DNA of 64,000 nucleotides from Syntrophorhabdaceae bacterium (GTDB lineage: Bacteria; Desulfobacterota; Syntrophorhabdia; Syntrophorhabdales; Syntrophorhabdaceae), in contig OY762209.1 of the NCBI GenBank assembly GCA_963665295.1, forward strand, positions 3,680,001 through 3,744,000, written 5' to 3'. A program made the position numbers and the translations under genes. Positions 31,598-41,158 of this stretch are shown one piece after another (the stretch's first letter is position 1; each line of letters begins with the position of its first letter). The notes under the pieces are model-generated. The model was not told the origin of the DNA, did no database searches, and worked only from the letters and a program-made list of their open reading frames with translations.

Positions 31598-31936
31598 TCA
31601 AAACTCGTCTTCATCGTCGTACCCATACCGGCCGCGGTAGTTTTCCTCTTCCACGAGCTTGACGATGGCCTTCTGAGCGGGGTTTCGCTCGGCTTCCGGC
31701 ACCTCCGTGCATATACGCCCCGCTTCAGCCTTCAGACTCTCAGGACTTCGATACATGGCAACGTCGGCGTACATCTTGGCCGTTCTGTACTGCTCAATGG
31801 CGTGGTTCGCGAGCTTCTGCGCGTCCTTGCGCATCTCGTTGATTTCCTTTAAGGTCATCTCCTGATCGCTCGACAAGGCCACTTCGAAGTGGCAATAATT
31901 GTATGACAGCATTACTTTTACGCTTGCCTTTGGCAT
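31598..31936 (-). CDS. phage hypothetical protein
   Basis: AGGAGG SD; VKVMLSYNYCHFEV. Confidence 0.6.
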   Translation of the reverse strand: MPKASVKVMLSYNYCHFEVALSSDQEMTLKEINEMRKDAQKLANHAIEQYRTAKMYADVAMYRSPESLKAEAGRICTEVPEAERNPAQKAIVKLVEEENYRGRYGYDDEDEF

Positions 31937-31951
31937 GTCTATATTCCTCCT

Positions 31952-32179
31952 TTATATGAGTCCCTTATCTTCCGCGAGCCACTCGGGGATGACGATGGTG
32001 ATTGCATCCCCTCTTTCAAGTTCGTCCCAGGAGAACACCAGAGACGACCCTTCAGCATAGGCATCGTCCACCTGGCTCTTTGGGATCCACGCTTCGTCCC
32101 CATCAACCTCGATAAGAACCGCCTTTTCCGTTTCCTTGAGAAACTTGCATTTAACGTCAACGAGTTCGTGTTGAGGCAT
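31952..32179 (-). CDS. small phage beta-barrel protein
   Basis: ETEKAVLI...WIPKSQ...IPEWLA.DKGL. Confidence 0.7.
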   Translation of the reverse strand: MPQHELVDVKCKFLKETEKAVLIEVDGDEAWIPKSQVDDAYAEGSSLVFSWDELERGDAITIVIPEWLAEDKGLI

Positions 32180-32181
32180 GG

Positions 32182-33609
32182 CTACGCCGCCTTTTCCCCT
32201 CTCAACCGGGCTGAAGTATCAGCAGCAAAGGCCAGCAATTCCCGTTTGTCGTCTCCGAGTACCTTCCCCTCGGCTATCTTCTGGTTGGCTTCTTTCGAGA
32301 GAGCCCTAAACGCCGTGGCGTCTTTGCATTTGCCAAATTCCGATTTGTAATGGTCGCGGATCACCGCGGACTCAAGGGCGGGATTACTCCTTTCCTCCAT
32401 ATTCTCGTCAAGGTTGGCTCCGGGATCGTCATCCACGCGGTTACCTTGATCGTCAAATTCTTCGAGTTCGGGGATGAATTCCTCTGGCCCTGCCGCGGTC
32501 GTCTGCGTCATAGGGGGTGGAGGTTCCTTGACCGGCGTAGGCGGGGGCTCGTGCTTGAGGGTGTATGGCCGCTCCACGGGTCTCTCAGGTTCTGGTGCCG
32601 GGGGGAGGGCCGCAGGCTCTTCAATGGGATTACCGGCAAGAAGAGCCTGCGCCTGATTTCCCCGCTCAAGGACCTTCTGCGGTTCGTAGGCAAGCATGAG
32701 GCTGAAGAAATCAATGTCGGCTTCGAGGTATATCAGGTCCTGCTCGGCCGTCTTCATTTCCCCTTGCTGCACGTCGAACCGGTGTATCTCTTCGTCCCCA
32801 ACCTTGCGGATATACATAATGGGTTTCTTTGTCGCGTGATCGATAAGACCCTGTATCCTTCCCGTGGCCTTTCCCACCAACTGCAGCTTGCTTTTCATCT
32901 GCAGGAAGGACAGAATGGATGTGCTGTGAATCTGCCATACGCCGAGGCCCCTTGTGCCGGGGATAACCGCTTGAACATAGCCCTTGAACTTACAGGTGCC
33001 GTTCTTGTATTCCTTGCATTCCTCCGGCCGGCACGGCCCTCTTTCCTGCGACTGTCGCCCCCCGAAGAGGCGCTTTCCTTTTTCCAGGGGAACAGGCTCC
33101 ATGCATATGCGACAGTACCCGTTCTCTCCCGTCTCCGCGTCGCGGGTCCTCTTGTATTCGCTCCAGAACTTCCGTTCCCGGGCAGACCAGCACTCAAGGC
33201 CGTGTGGGATATTCTCAAACCAATCAGCGGACAAAAAGACAACCGGTATCGTTCTGATCTTGCCGTCCTTGTCGGCGTAGAGATCGTGCAGTATCTTCGC
33301 GTTCTCGGGATTGGTCCGGCAGTCAATTTCTCTGACTGTGAAATAGTCCTGGTTCTCCGGTGTGAGCTTGGAGCCTCCTCGGACGTTCTTGCCTATCGCT
33401 TTCTCGATATCGTCCCAGGAAGCACCCTTTTCGACCATCCCGGTATAAACCTTCATGTCCTGCTCATATGCGGCCCTTTCCTCCTCCGTGGCGTTCTTCG
33501 ACGGCCGCACCAGGCGCTTTATCCCGCTACGCAGGTTACCGAGGACCGGCATGCTTTGAAATCCGGGCTTCTTTCCTTTTAAAAGGTCGTCTCTCCAATC
33601 GTTTATCAT
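32182..33609 (-). CDS. Gp3-like (recombination directionality factor-like) phage recombination protein
   Basis: LGNLRSGIK..DYF..C.P..C....CK.....A.IPG..GLGVWQI.STS. Confidence 0.6.
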   Translation of the reverse strand: MINDWRDDLLKGKKPGFQSMPVLGNLRSGIKRLVRPSKNATEEERAAYEQDMKVYTGMVEKGASWDDIEKAIGKNVRGGSKLTPENQDYFTVREIDCRTNPENAKILHDLYADKDGKIRTIPVVFLSADWFENIPHGLECWSARERKFWSEYKRTRDAETGENGYCRICMEPVPLEKGKRLFGGRQSQERGPCRPEECKEYKNGTCKFKGYVQAVIPGTRGLGVWQIHSTSILSFLQMKSKLQLVGKATGRIQGLIDHATKKPIMYIRKVGDEEIHRFDVQQGEMKTAEQDLIYLEADIDFFSLMLAYEPQKVLERGNQAQALLAGNPIEEPAALPPAPEPERPVERPYTLKHEPPPTPVKEPPPPMTQTTAAGPEEFIPELEEFDDQGNRVDDDPGANLDENMEERSNPALESAVIRDHYKSEFGKCKDATAFRALSKEANQKIAEGKVLGDDKRELLAFAADTSARLRGEKAA

Positions 33610-33620
33610 GGTGTTCCTCC

Positions 33621-36017
33621 TCAGTTTGTAATAACTTCCACTCTCCCCTGCTCAAGCCGTATCACCGCGTCCGCCATGGCCTGAAGCTCTGGTGTCTGAG
33701 TAATACAATAAAGGTTCCGATATCCCCCCAATTCCATGGCCCGCCGCATGGCCGCGAAGAACTCCTTCTTCTTGGCGGGGTCCAGGGCGCCGTCTTTCTC
33801 ATCGCTGTATGTCGCGTCGTATTTCCGGCCGGATGTGCTTGCCAGATAAAGGGCGATGGCCTTCGTCATGCTGTCCTCTATCCATGTCTTTTCGCCGCCG
33901 CTCATCTTTCGGATGCTCTTGACTTCGTTGGTCTCGTTGTCGAAGACCGAGATGTCGAACGTCTCCTTGTTCCCTTTACCGTCGGCCTTCGCAATTTGCG
34001 TGTCTATGCGGACCTGGAACCGCCCGCCATACTCCTTCAAAAGCTCGTTTGCGATCGATGCCACTTGGGGCCCGGCGTCGTCGAGTTCAAGCGCGATTAT
34101 GCCGTCATTCCCGAATGCCTTCTCGAGTATTCCCCACTGTGAAGCCTCGCCGCTGAGGTAGTCTATCTTCTGATTCACGTCCTCAAGTTCCGTTGCCGCT
34201 TTTCCGATATCAGCCAGGGCCTGTTCAATGGCGCCGATGGTCTTGGAGTCGGCTTCTTTCTGAACGGTGATCGTTTCAATTTTCCCCTTGATCGTTTCAG
34301 CCGTCTCCAGCAAGACCGCCTTTTTCTGCGTCTGCGTTTCACCGGTTTCGGTAAGGTCAATCAAGTCCATCGTAAGGTCCGCGATCTCTAGGTCAAGGGC
34401 CTCGATCTTCTCCCCTATCTTTGCCTCTTCCCGGTCCTTCTCCGCTTCCAAGGTTTCCTTGTCCTTCCTCAATCCGGGTAGCGACTCCTCGGCGATCTCG
34501 ATACGCGGAAGGATGTTGAGGGCCTTCTGAGCGTTCGAAAGCTTTGTCTCCAGCGTGGTTATGTCACCTTCCCACTTGGTCTTAGACGCCTTTCTCTCTG
34601 TCAACAACTTCTGCAGGGCCGCCTTGTCCGGCAGGGTAGCCTTAAGGGTGCCTATCTTGGTTTTCAGCTCCACGACCCGTGGGTCACTCTGCAGGGCTGT
34701 TTCAAGTTCCTTCTCGAGGGTGGGTATGCTCTTTTTGGCGGTAAGCGCGTCTTTGACGAATCGGCAACCCGCCGCCGTTTCTTCCGAGCACGGGGTGCCT
34801 TCCAGTCTCTTCGCATCCTTCCGCGCATCCTCAAGGGTCTTCGTGGCGAGGTCGATCTTGGTTTTGTGTTCCAGGTTGATCTTTTCGAGGCTATGTTCAA
34901 GGTCTTTAATAGATGCCTCTGTGGCCTGTGCCTTATTGATCTCATCAGTGAGCTTGTCTATTTGTCCGCCCACTGTTGACAGGTTGACCTTTGCCTCTGC
35001 GAGGTCCGTTTCAAATGCCGCCCTGGCGTCGATATACTTCTGGACGTTGCCCCTCTTCCCGGCCAATTCCTCAGCGGAGGTGATCTTAGTGTTCAACTGT
35101 ACGATCTTGTCGTACAGTTCATCGGCTTTGGTCTTCTTCTCTGTTTTTAACTCCTCCTTCGCCGCTTCCTTCGCGACCAGGTCCTTCTCAACCTTTTCCT
35201 TCTGCTCGGCGCGCTCCGTCTCCATCCCTATCTTTACGTCACATTCGTTGACGGCCATCTGCACATCGAAAGCCTGGCTCTGCAGGCCATCGAGGTCCTT
35301 CTCCGCAGTCCCGATTCTCCGAGTAACTGCGTCCAACTCACCCCGCTTCACCTCTTCCCCGTCCACGATCCCCTTCAGGCGGGACCGGTCGAACATAAGG
35401 GTTTCCGTCTTTCCGGCCAAATGTTGCTTTATACGACGTGCCTTCTCTCCGATGATCTTTAAGTTCTCGATGCAGAGCAACTCAGTGAACAATTCCTTTA
35501 TATCTCCCTTGGCATAGTCAGAGAGGGCCTTGGCGTTCTGAGCGCGGAAGACGCTCGTAAAGAACAGTTCGGGTGAGCCCATGATCTTTTCAACGGCTTG
35601 GTCGTAGTTGTCGAGCTTGCCGTCAATGCCCCGTTCGAGGATCCACTTTCCGGGATCTCCGTGTGCCCAATGGTACAGGTATGCTTCCTGCTTCTTCCTC
35701 GCCCCATCGATCAGGACCACGCTTCTATACGTGACCTCGTCCACCTCGAAGATGAATTCCTTCTCCGCGTCGCCGTCCACCTGCTCGTAGTATGAGAACG
35801 CCGACGGTTTATAGCTGCTGTCCCTGCCGTTCATGCGGTATGGCATGAGCCGGTAAGGGTGCATATTGTCCATGATCGTCGTCTTTCCTCCCCCGTTGCG
35901 CGCGGAAAAGGCGATGATACCGGCCGGCAGACTTTCGCAATTCATAATTACTTCATCAAGGCCAATGCCCGCTTTGATTCCCTTAAATCCCTTAAGCCGC
36001 AATGACATCGGACGCAT
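33621..36017 (-). CDS. SbcC/Rad50-like SMC ATPase
   Basis: NGGGKTT Walker A, long coiled coil with central Cys pair, MSGGE signature, DE.DG. Confidence 0.9.
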   Translation of the reverse strand: MRPMSLRLKGFKGIKAGIGLDEVIMNCESLPAGIIAFSARNGGGKTTIMDNMHPYRLMPYRMNGRDSSYKPSAFSYYEQVDGDAEKEFIFEVDEVTYRSVVLIDGARKKQEAYLYHWAHGDPGKWILERGIDGKLDNYDQAVEKIMGSPELFFTSVFRAQNAKALSDYAKGDIKELFTELLCIENLKIIGEKARRIKQHLAGKTETLMFDRSRLKGIVDGEEVKRGELDAVTRRIGTAEKDLDGLQSQAFDVQMAVNECDVKIGMETERAEQKEKVEKDLVAKEAAKEELKTEKKTKADELYDKIVQLNTKITSAEELAGKRGNVQKYIDARAAFETDLAEAKVNLSTVGGQIDKLTDEINKAQATEASIKDLEHSLEKINLEHKTKIDLATKTLEDARKDAKRLEGTPCSEETAAGCRFVKDALTAKKSIPTLEKELETALQSDPRVVELKTKIGTLKATLPDKAALQKLLTERKASKTKWEGDITTLETKLSNAQKALNILPRIEIAEESLPGLRKDKETLEAEKDREEAKIGEKIEALDLEIADLTMDLIDLTETGETQTQKKAVLLETAETIKGKIETITVQKEADSKTIGAIEQALADIGKAATELEDVNQKIDYLSGEASQWGILEKAFGNDGIIALELDDAGPQVASIANELLKEYGGRFQVRIDTQIAKADGKGNKETFDISVFDNETNEVKSIRKMSGGEKTWIEDSMTKAIALYLASTSGRKYDATYSDEKDGALDPAKKKEFFAAMRRAMELGGYRNLYCITQTPELQAMADAVIRLEQGRVEVITN

Positions 36018-37254
36018 AGTCAGCCTCCTTCTTTTCTCCGTAAAGCTCGTCAATTATGGTTTCCGGTTCCATACCGATAAAACCGAGCATGTGATAGACC
36101 GCGGGCTCTATGGTCTGTCCGGTTGTCTCCCCCCACTTCGCCAACTTGGCCTCCAGCGACTGCTCTTTGCTGATGCCTTCAGCCCTGACCCTGACCGTGG
36201 GGATTATTACTTTCTCAATCTTCACGTCCGTAGCGCCCTTCTCCATGGCAGCGGCTATGATAGCCTGCTCGTCCACCTTGCCGACATCGGCCTCGGCGAC
36301 CGTGTAGACGATCCTGACGTTCTCCCCTTCCTGCACGTCTTCGACGCTCTCAATGCCGGGAAGCCCTTCTTGTCTTATGGTGCGCATGACCCGGGCGGGG
36401 GTAACGATTGTCCGTGATGAGACGTAACCCCCTACTTCTATCTCGTGGATAAGGAATCCTTTCTCTTCCGTCTCTCCGTGGTTCAGGCGGGTGATTGACC
36501 CACTATAATGGATGCTTCCCCATGACTGCGCTTTGTGAATGTGGCCCAGGCAATACACGTCACAGGCGGCAAGCCGTAAGTCCCCGGTCGTAAATTCCAA
36601 ATCTTTTCCCGTCATTACCTGACCCGTGGAGAGTTCCGAACCCGTAACAGTTCCATGACCCACAAGGACCGTCGGTATCCCCTCGTCTCCCGCCTGCTCA
36701 TTGACGACGCCCCACGCCTGGAACATGTCCCTCATCAGGTCCTGGACTTCGCGCGTGGTGTCCGCGACCGAGCCCGACGTGTAGGCAAGGACGTTGCCCT
36801 TGCTGATGGTGGGGAGGCAGGAGATAATAGCCCGATGATAAGTGCCTAATGATGGTGTCTCGCTCAAAGTGATGAAGTCCGTCCTGTCGCCGTTATTCAT
36901 GAGTGCTATCTGTTCCGGCCGCTCCGTCACATAAATCGGATAAGCCGTCCGCAACCGCGCCATGGCGTCGAGCGCCCCCGGGCCGTCATGCGTGGGGGTG
37001 CCTCTGACTATAATGGTGGGCGCGATCATGCCGCAGCCGTAAACGAAATCTACCGCGGCCATGTGGGCGGGGCTCCCGATCATGATTCCCTCAGGCGAGG
37101 CCAAGAAATCGACCAAGTCGCCAGCGAGGGCTATGAGGTCCGGCGCCTCCACTCTCAATTCGTTGACGGCGAAGTTGCTGCATTTGATGATGTCGGGTAA
37201 AACTTGGGGCTTGTTCATAAAATGCAAATCTGCGAAGTGTGCGACTCTAAACAT
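35992..37254 (-). CDS. SbcD/Mre11-like nuclease
   Basis: HFADLH, AGD, GTPTHD, GH, LGHIHK, YSGS. Confidence 0.9.
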   Translation of the reverse strand: MFRVAHFADLHFMNKPQVLPDIIKCSNFAVNELRVEAPDLIALAGDLVDFLASPEGIMIGSPAHMAAVDFVYGCGMIAPTIIVRGTPTHDGPGALDAMARLRTAYPIYVTERPEQIALMNNGDRTDFITLSETPSLGTYHRAIISCLPTISKGNVLAYTSGSVADTTREVQDLMRDMFQAWGVVNEQAGDEGIPTVLVGHGTVTGSELSTGQVMTGKDLEFTTGDLRLAACDVYCLGHIHKAQSWGSIHYSGSITRLNHGETEEKGFLIHEIEVGGYVSSRTIVTPARVMRTIRQEGLPGIESVEDVQEGENVRIVYTVAEADVGKVDEQAIIAAAMEKGATDVKIEKVIIPTVRVRAEGISKEQSLEAKLAKWGETTGQTIEPAVYHMLGFIGMEPETIIDELYGEKKEADYASDVIAA

Positions 37255-37399
37255 GTCCTCCTCCTAATTTCTGCCTCCTCAAAGAATCTCAGGGAAGGAC
37301 CGGAGGAGTGACGGCCCTTTTCGGGTGCCCCCTATCCCTGAGTTGGGCTTGATTGCCCCGGTTACGACCTCAGTCCCATCTGGTGACGGGTGCCGTCGC

Positions 37400-37909
37400 T
37401 CATTTTGTCACCTCAAACGCCAGCCGGACCACCACGGGGTTGTTCTCCCATGGATGGGTTTTGCCGTTTATGGAGTCCCAAAGGGTGCGAAACCAGTCCA
37501 CATGACACATAGGGCCTCGTTCGTGAAACTCAGGGAAGCCCGAGCGTTCTTTGTCTCCTTCCCTCTTGGCATCGTCAGGCGTGATCCACTGTAATAGTTC
37601 CTGCCTTGCGTCGTCCGTGGCCACACAGCGAAGTCTGACAAACTCCCGCGGCATATATATGGAGGGAATGTGCTTAACCTTCCACTTCCATTCCGATGGC
37701 TGGGGAGGAATGTAACCGTCTGCCGCGTACTGGACCCATCGGCCGTAGGAAGGATTGAGGAAGGGCACAAGCGCCTCCTGAATCTCCAGAATGTCCCCGG
37801 CCTTCACCTTCATGTACTTCTCGCTGATGCGCCGGGTGACGGTCTTCTTCCTGCCTTCTCGGATTGCCAGAACGTTACCGCCGGTCATGGGAAGGAGGAT
37901 ATGGTTCAC
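37400..37909 (-). CDS. ASCH/PUA-like phage protein (paralog of 22136-22744)
   Basis: AIREGRKKTVTRR, PSIYMPR, IT.DDA.REG, F..LWDSING..W..NP. Confidence 0.75.
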   Translation of the reverse strand: MNHILLPMTGGNVLAIREGRKKTVTRRISEKYMKVKAGDILEIQEALVPFLNPSYGRWVQYAADGYIPPQPSEWKWKVKHIPSIYMPREFVRLRCVATDDARQELLQWITPDDAKREGDKERSGFPEFHERGPMCHVDWFRTLWDSINGKTHPWENNPVVVRLAFEVTK

Positions 37910-38783
37910 CGCGTCACCCCCAAAGCGGTCCTCTCTGCCCTCTCCAGTTCCGTGGTCACCGGAGACTGCATTACCCGGTCACGCGCCTTTTCGTCCTTCA
38001 TCCAGAATGCGCCCCAAATGAGGGCCGTTACTGCGACGATCAGGACCATAACGACCAGGGCGCCGCCTTCAACGTGATTCTCTTCACGCATAAATCCCCC
38101 TTTCCTTGAGGTATTTGACAATCTCTCGCGCCATCGCCTCTTCCGAGGGCGCCGGGTAGGTGACGAGGATATTCAGGAGATGACCTTCCAGAGCGTCCAC
38201 ACACCGGCAAGTCGGGTCGAAACGGCACGCTATTTTCACCCCTCGCTCGTCCACCGGTTCGCAGAGTGTCGAGTGTTCGTGCTCGCCCTTATGGCCGCAG
38301 TATTCTGACGGGCAATTCTTATGAGTCGGGCTAACCATCATAGTCCCGCCTGAAGGGTCTTTATGAGTCCCCGGAGCGCGGGCTTCGACAGCAACGTGCC
38401 GCCGGTTCTGGTGACCTTGCCGTCCCGTGTGATATAGGAGTTGATGGTCATACTCCCATCGGGATTGAGGCTTATGGTCTGAATCTGGTTAATTGTCTCG
38501 TAAAACACGGTTTCATTTCGCCCGGGGCCTATCTCCGACACACGGGTCGGCATGGTGGTCCGTCCGCAAATCATGGCCTTAATCATCTGGTTGTTCCCTC
38601 CTTGTTTTGGCACTCGCTTCAGATAAGTCCCGCATCTTCGGCGCGGTCATAGTTCACATCTACGTTGAGAACGCTCATAGATGCTCTCACGCGGATACGA
38701 CCTTCCGAGAGTATGTTTGTCCGGGGCATCCAAACCGGCGGTCTTGAGATTGAATCTGCGAGCTTGAACATTTTTTCATTCAT
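37906..38783 (-). other. four small first-early genes (37906-~38090, 38084-38341, 38338-~38586, and an untracked 54-aa ORF 38619-38783)
   Basis: coupled overlaps and SD sites downstream of the leftward promoter. Confidence 0.5.
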
Positions 38784-38826
38784 ATTCTTCCGTCCTTGTT
38801 TGCTTTCGGGTGTGGGTCATGAATAC

Positions 38827-38879
38827 AGATTAATCCATGGATTATTTAAATGTCAAGCTAAAAATAATCTAGAGATTAA
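38827..38879 (-). promoter_or_regulatory. leftward early promoter (PL-like) with two repressor operators
   Basis: minus TTGACA(38856)-N18-TAATCT; TTAATCCATGGATTAT 38830-38845, ATAATCTAGAGATTAA 38864-38879. Confidence 0.75.
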
Positions 38880-39003
38880 GGTAATAAACTGCACGACTGA
38901 ACTATTTGAGGAAGGCAAGCATTTCCTGCAGGCAATCCTTCGTTTGTCACCTGATTTGGGCGGTACCGAAAAAAGGTGTTTGCCGATACCTGCAAAAAAT
39001 ACC

Positions 39004-39032
39004 TTGACAAATGGTACCATATGCGGTACCGT
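39004..39032 (+). promoter_or_regulatory. hicAB promoter/operator
   Basis: TTGACA-N17-TACCGT containing ATGGTACCAT and CGGTACCG palindromes. Confidence 0.55.
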
Positions 39033-39066
39033 AGTTAATACAATCTGATTGGTACATGGGTAGCCG

Positions 39067-39333
39067 ATGGCGAAAGGTCCACACGTCAAACTGTTGAGTA
39101 AGGCTAGGAATAATGCAGCAGGGTTAAGGTTTTCCGAACTGCAGAGGCTTTGCGAGGCGTTAGGAATGACACTCGACCGGGTGAGCGGATCACATTTCAT
39201 TTACAAACACGAAAATCCACCGTTTATTATGTCCATTCAGCAGATGCCGGATGGGAAGGCAAAGCCTTATCAGGTTAAGCAGTTGTTGAGTTTCGTAGAT
39301 AAATTCAACTTAAGTGGAGAGAGCGATGTTTAA
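39067..39333 (+). CDS. hicA: HicA family toxin
   Basis: LRFSEL..L..LG...R.SGSH.IY.H, GKAKPYQVKQ. Confidence 0.9.
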   Translation: MAKGPHVKLLSKARNNAAGLRFSELQRLCEALGMTLDRVSGSHFIYKHENPPFIMSIQQMPDGKAKPYQVKQLLSFVDKFNLSGESDV

Positions 39334-39826
39334 GTATTCGGTCGTTGTTAAATGGAGCGACGAGGACGGTGGATTTATTGCGACCGTTCCGGAACTTGAA
39401 GGACTTAGTGCCTTCGGAGAAACCCACGATGACGCTGTGAAGGAACTTATGTTCGCAGCGGAAGCGTATATGCTTACTTTGAGGGAATCGGGACAGGAAA
39501 TCCCAACGCCCGAGAAGATCGTTCCTTACAGTGGACAACTCAGATTGAGACTGCCTAAGAGCTTACACGGGAAACTGGCCGCAGAGGCCGAAAGCGATGG
39601 CGTTTCTTTGAACACCTATCTCGTATCACTTCTTGCTCGTCGTCAAGGGGAACGAGATACGGTGGACAGCTTCGTCAAGCACATTCTTGAGGCCTTTAGA
39701 ATGGCGGTTCAGGCCCCATATAAAATTGACTCGGATCAGGATTCATCAAGATACAACGCAACGGAAACATTAAAAGAAGAGGCGGGTTCACCCAATCTTC
39801 TTTTAATTGTGGGAGGGAAATCCTGA
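39326..39826 (+). CDS. hicB: HicB family antitoxin
   Basis: WSDEDGGFIA.VPEL.G.SAFGET, YSGQLRLRLPKSLH..LA..A...GVSLN. Confidence 0.92.
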   Translation: MFKYSVVVKWSDEDGGFIATVPELEGLSAFGETHDDAVKELMFAAEAYMLTLRESGQEIPTPEKIVPYSGQLRLRLPKSLHGKLAAEAESDGVSLNTYLVSLLARRQGERDTVDSFVKHILEAFRMAVQAPYKIDSDQDSSRYNATETLKEEAGSPNLLLIVGGKS

Positions 39827-40230
39827 TGATAAAGCACATCTGGTCCATCCTGTGTGAGAAGGTTGTTACAGATAAGGACACAGGCGTCACGAGTTACTTA
39901 AGCGCTATCGAAGCGATTATTGTGAAGAGCGTGCCAGTTACCATGCCGTTCCTCGCCCTGGGAAGCTTGTGGCGGACAGATAATCCGGCGGGAGATAACC
40001 TGCAATTCAGAGTGTCGCTCATTCATCCTGAAAGCAAATGGGAAAAACAGTTGGTGACATCTGAGGGTACCTTGCTTGTGACAAAAAGGTATCGCTCTAA
40101 TGTTGTGATGAACGGTTCTGAATTCGTACAAGCAGGGACGTACATGTTCAAGGTTGAGGTATGCAACAATGGGAAATGGGAACAAGTCGCAGAGATACCG
40201 TTCGATGTCACTGTTGCTACGGAAAAATAG
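39826..40230 (+). CDS. DUF6941-like beta-sandwich protein
   Basis: WSILCEKV..D..TG..S, G.Y.F.V; coupled to hicB. Confidence 0.6.
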   Translation: MIKHIWSILCEKVVTDKDTGVTSYLSAIEAIIVKSVPVTMPFLALGSLWRTDNPAGDNLQFRVSLIHPESKWEKQLVTSEGTLLVTKRYRSNVVMNGSEFVQAGTYMFKVEVCNNGKWEQVAEIPFDVTVATEK

Positions 40231-40273
40231 GGCACAAGGAAAGACAGCGAAAGGGCATCTGGATGAACGAGAG

Positions 40274-41158
40274 TCATTCCAATTGGCCTCCGCGTTCTTT
40301 GACCCATTCGAGAAGTGGCGCCGGTAGAGACGCCATTTTGGCTACACCAAACGCCTTGAACTGCTTGCCTTCCAGAAGCAAAACCGCATAAACGCCCAGA
40401 CCGCCTTTATCGATAGTGAAAGCTGCTTCTTCCGTGCCGCAGCTATGTGGAGCACAGCCTGATCCTATGTAATAGCTGTCTGCGGCCCGAAGCGTAGTCG
40501 ATACGCTCAGATTGGAGTAAAAGTTGTCATAGTTGGCCGAAAGTAGCGTCTTGAACCTTTGGGCAATGATTGGCTCCTTAAATATCTCTGTGGGGTGTAG
40601 ACCAACATACTTGTCCAAAACTGGAAATCGCTGGTGAGCAGGTGATGCTGGCTGTTCGGGTTTGAAGGCATCCTTGGCAGCAAATACAAGGAGCACTTCT
40701 GCAAGGGGCGCGTATCCGCGCAGTTCAACCAAGTGCTGTTTTGTGTCGTCGGTCGTCTGCGACGTATATTGCACTCGGCTCTTGAGATGCCCTCCAGAAG
40801 GTTCATACTCAACGAGCTCGGACAGACGTACGGGCGTATTGCCGATGGTTTGGACAAGCTTGTCTGGGAGTTTTGCTTCCAACGAAGCCTCGCATGTATA
40901 CTTGTCGAGTTTATCATCACGATTGGCAGTGCGGATCATTGTGACGGTGATCTGTACTGCACTTGTGATTTGGTCCGCTAACGATTTGTCCAGACCGCTG
41001 GCAACAGCCTGTTTTTGAAGGGCATCATGGAAAATCTGTCTAACCAGATCGATGCTTTTGGGATCGGCACATGGCGGGGTTTTCGCACCGCACCCAGCGA
41101 GAGTGAAAATGGCAATGTTGACGGTGATCAATGTAATAAGAAGCGCATGACGTTTCAT
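40274..41158 (-). CDS. lipoprotein with C-terminal Ivy-like (lysozyme inhibitor) domain
   Basis: lipobox LAGC; C-terminal YYIGSGCAPHSCG resembles the Ivy CxPHxC loop. Confidence 0.65.
   Translation of the reverse strand: MKRHALLITLITVNIAIFTLAGCGAKTPPCADPKSIDLVRQIFHDALQKQAVASGLDKSLADQITSAVQITVTMIRTANRDDKLDKYTCEASLEAKLPDKLVQTIGNTPVRLSELVEYEPSGGHLKSRVQYTSQTTDDTKQHLVELRGYAPLAEVLLVFAAKDAFKPEQPASPAHQRFPVLDKYVGLHPTEIFKEPIIAQRFKTLLSANYDNFYSNLSVSTTLRAADSYYIGSGCAPHSCGTEEAAFTIDKGGLGVYAVLLLEGKQFKAFGVAKMASLPAPLLEWVKERGGQLE

Noticed and set aside
32350..35517. Long plus-strand ORFs (410 aa and 320 aa)
   Set aside because: Shadows of the Gp3-like and SbcC genes.
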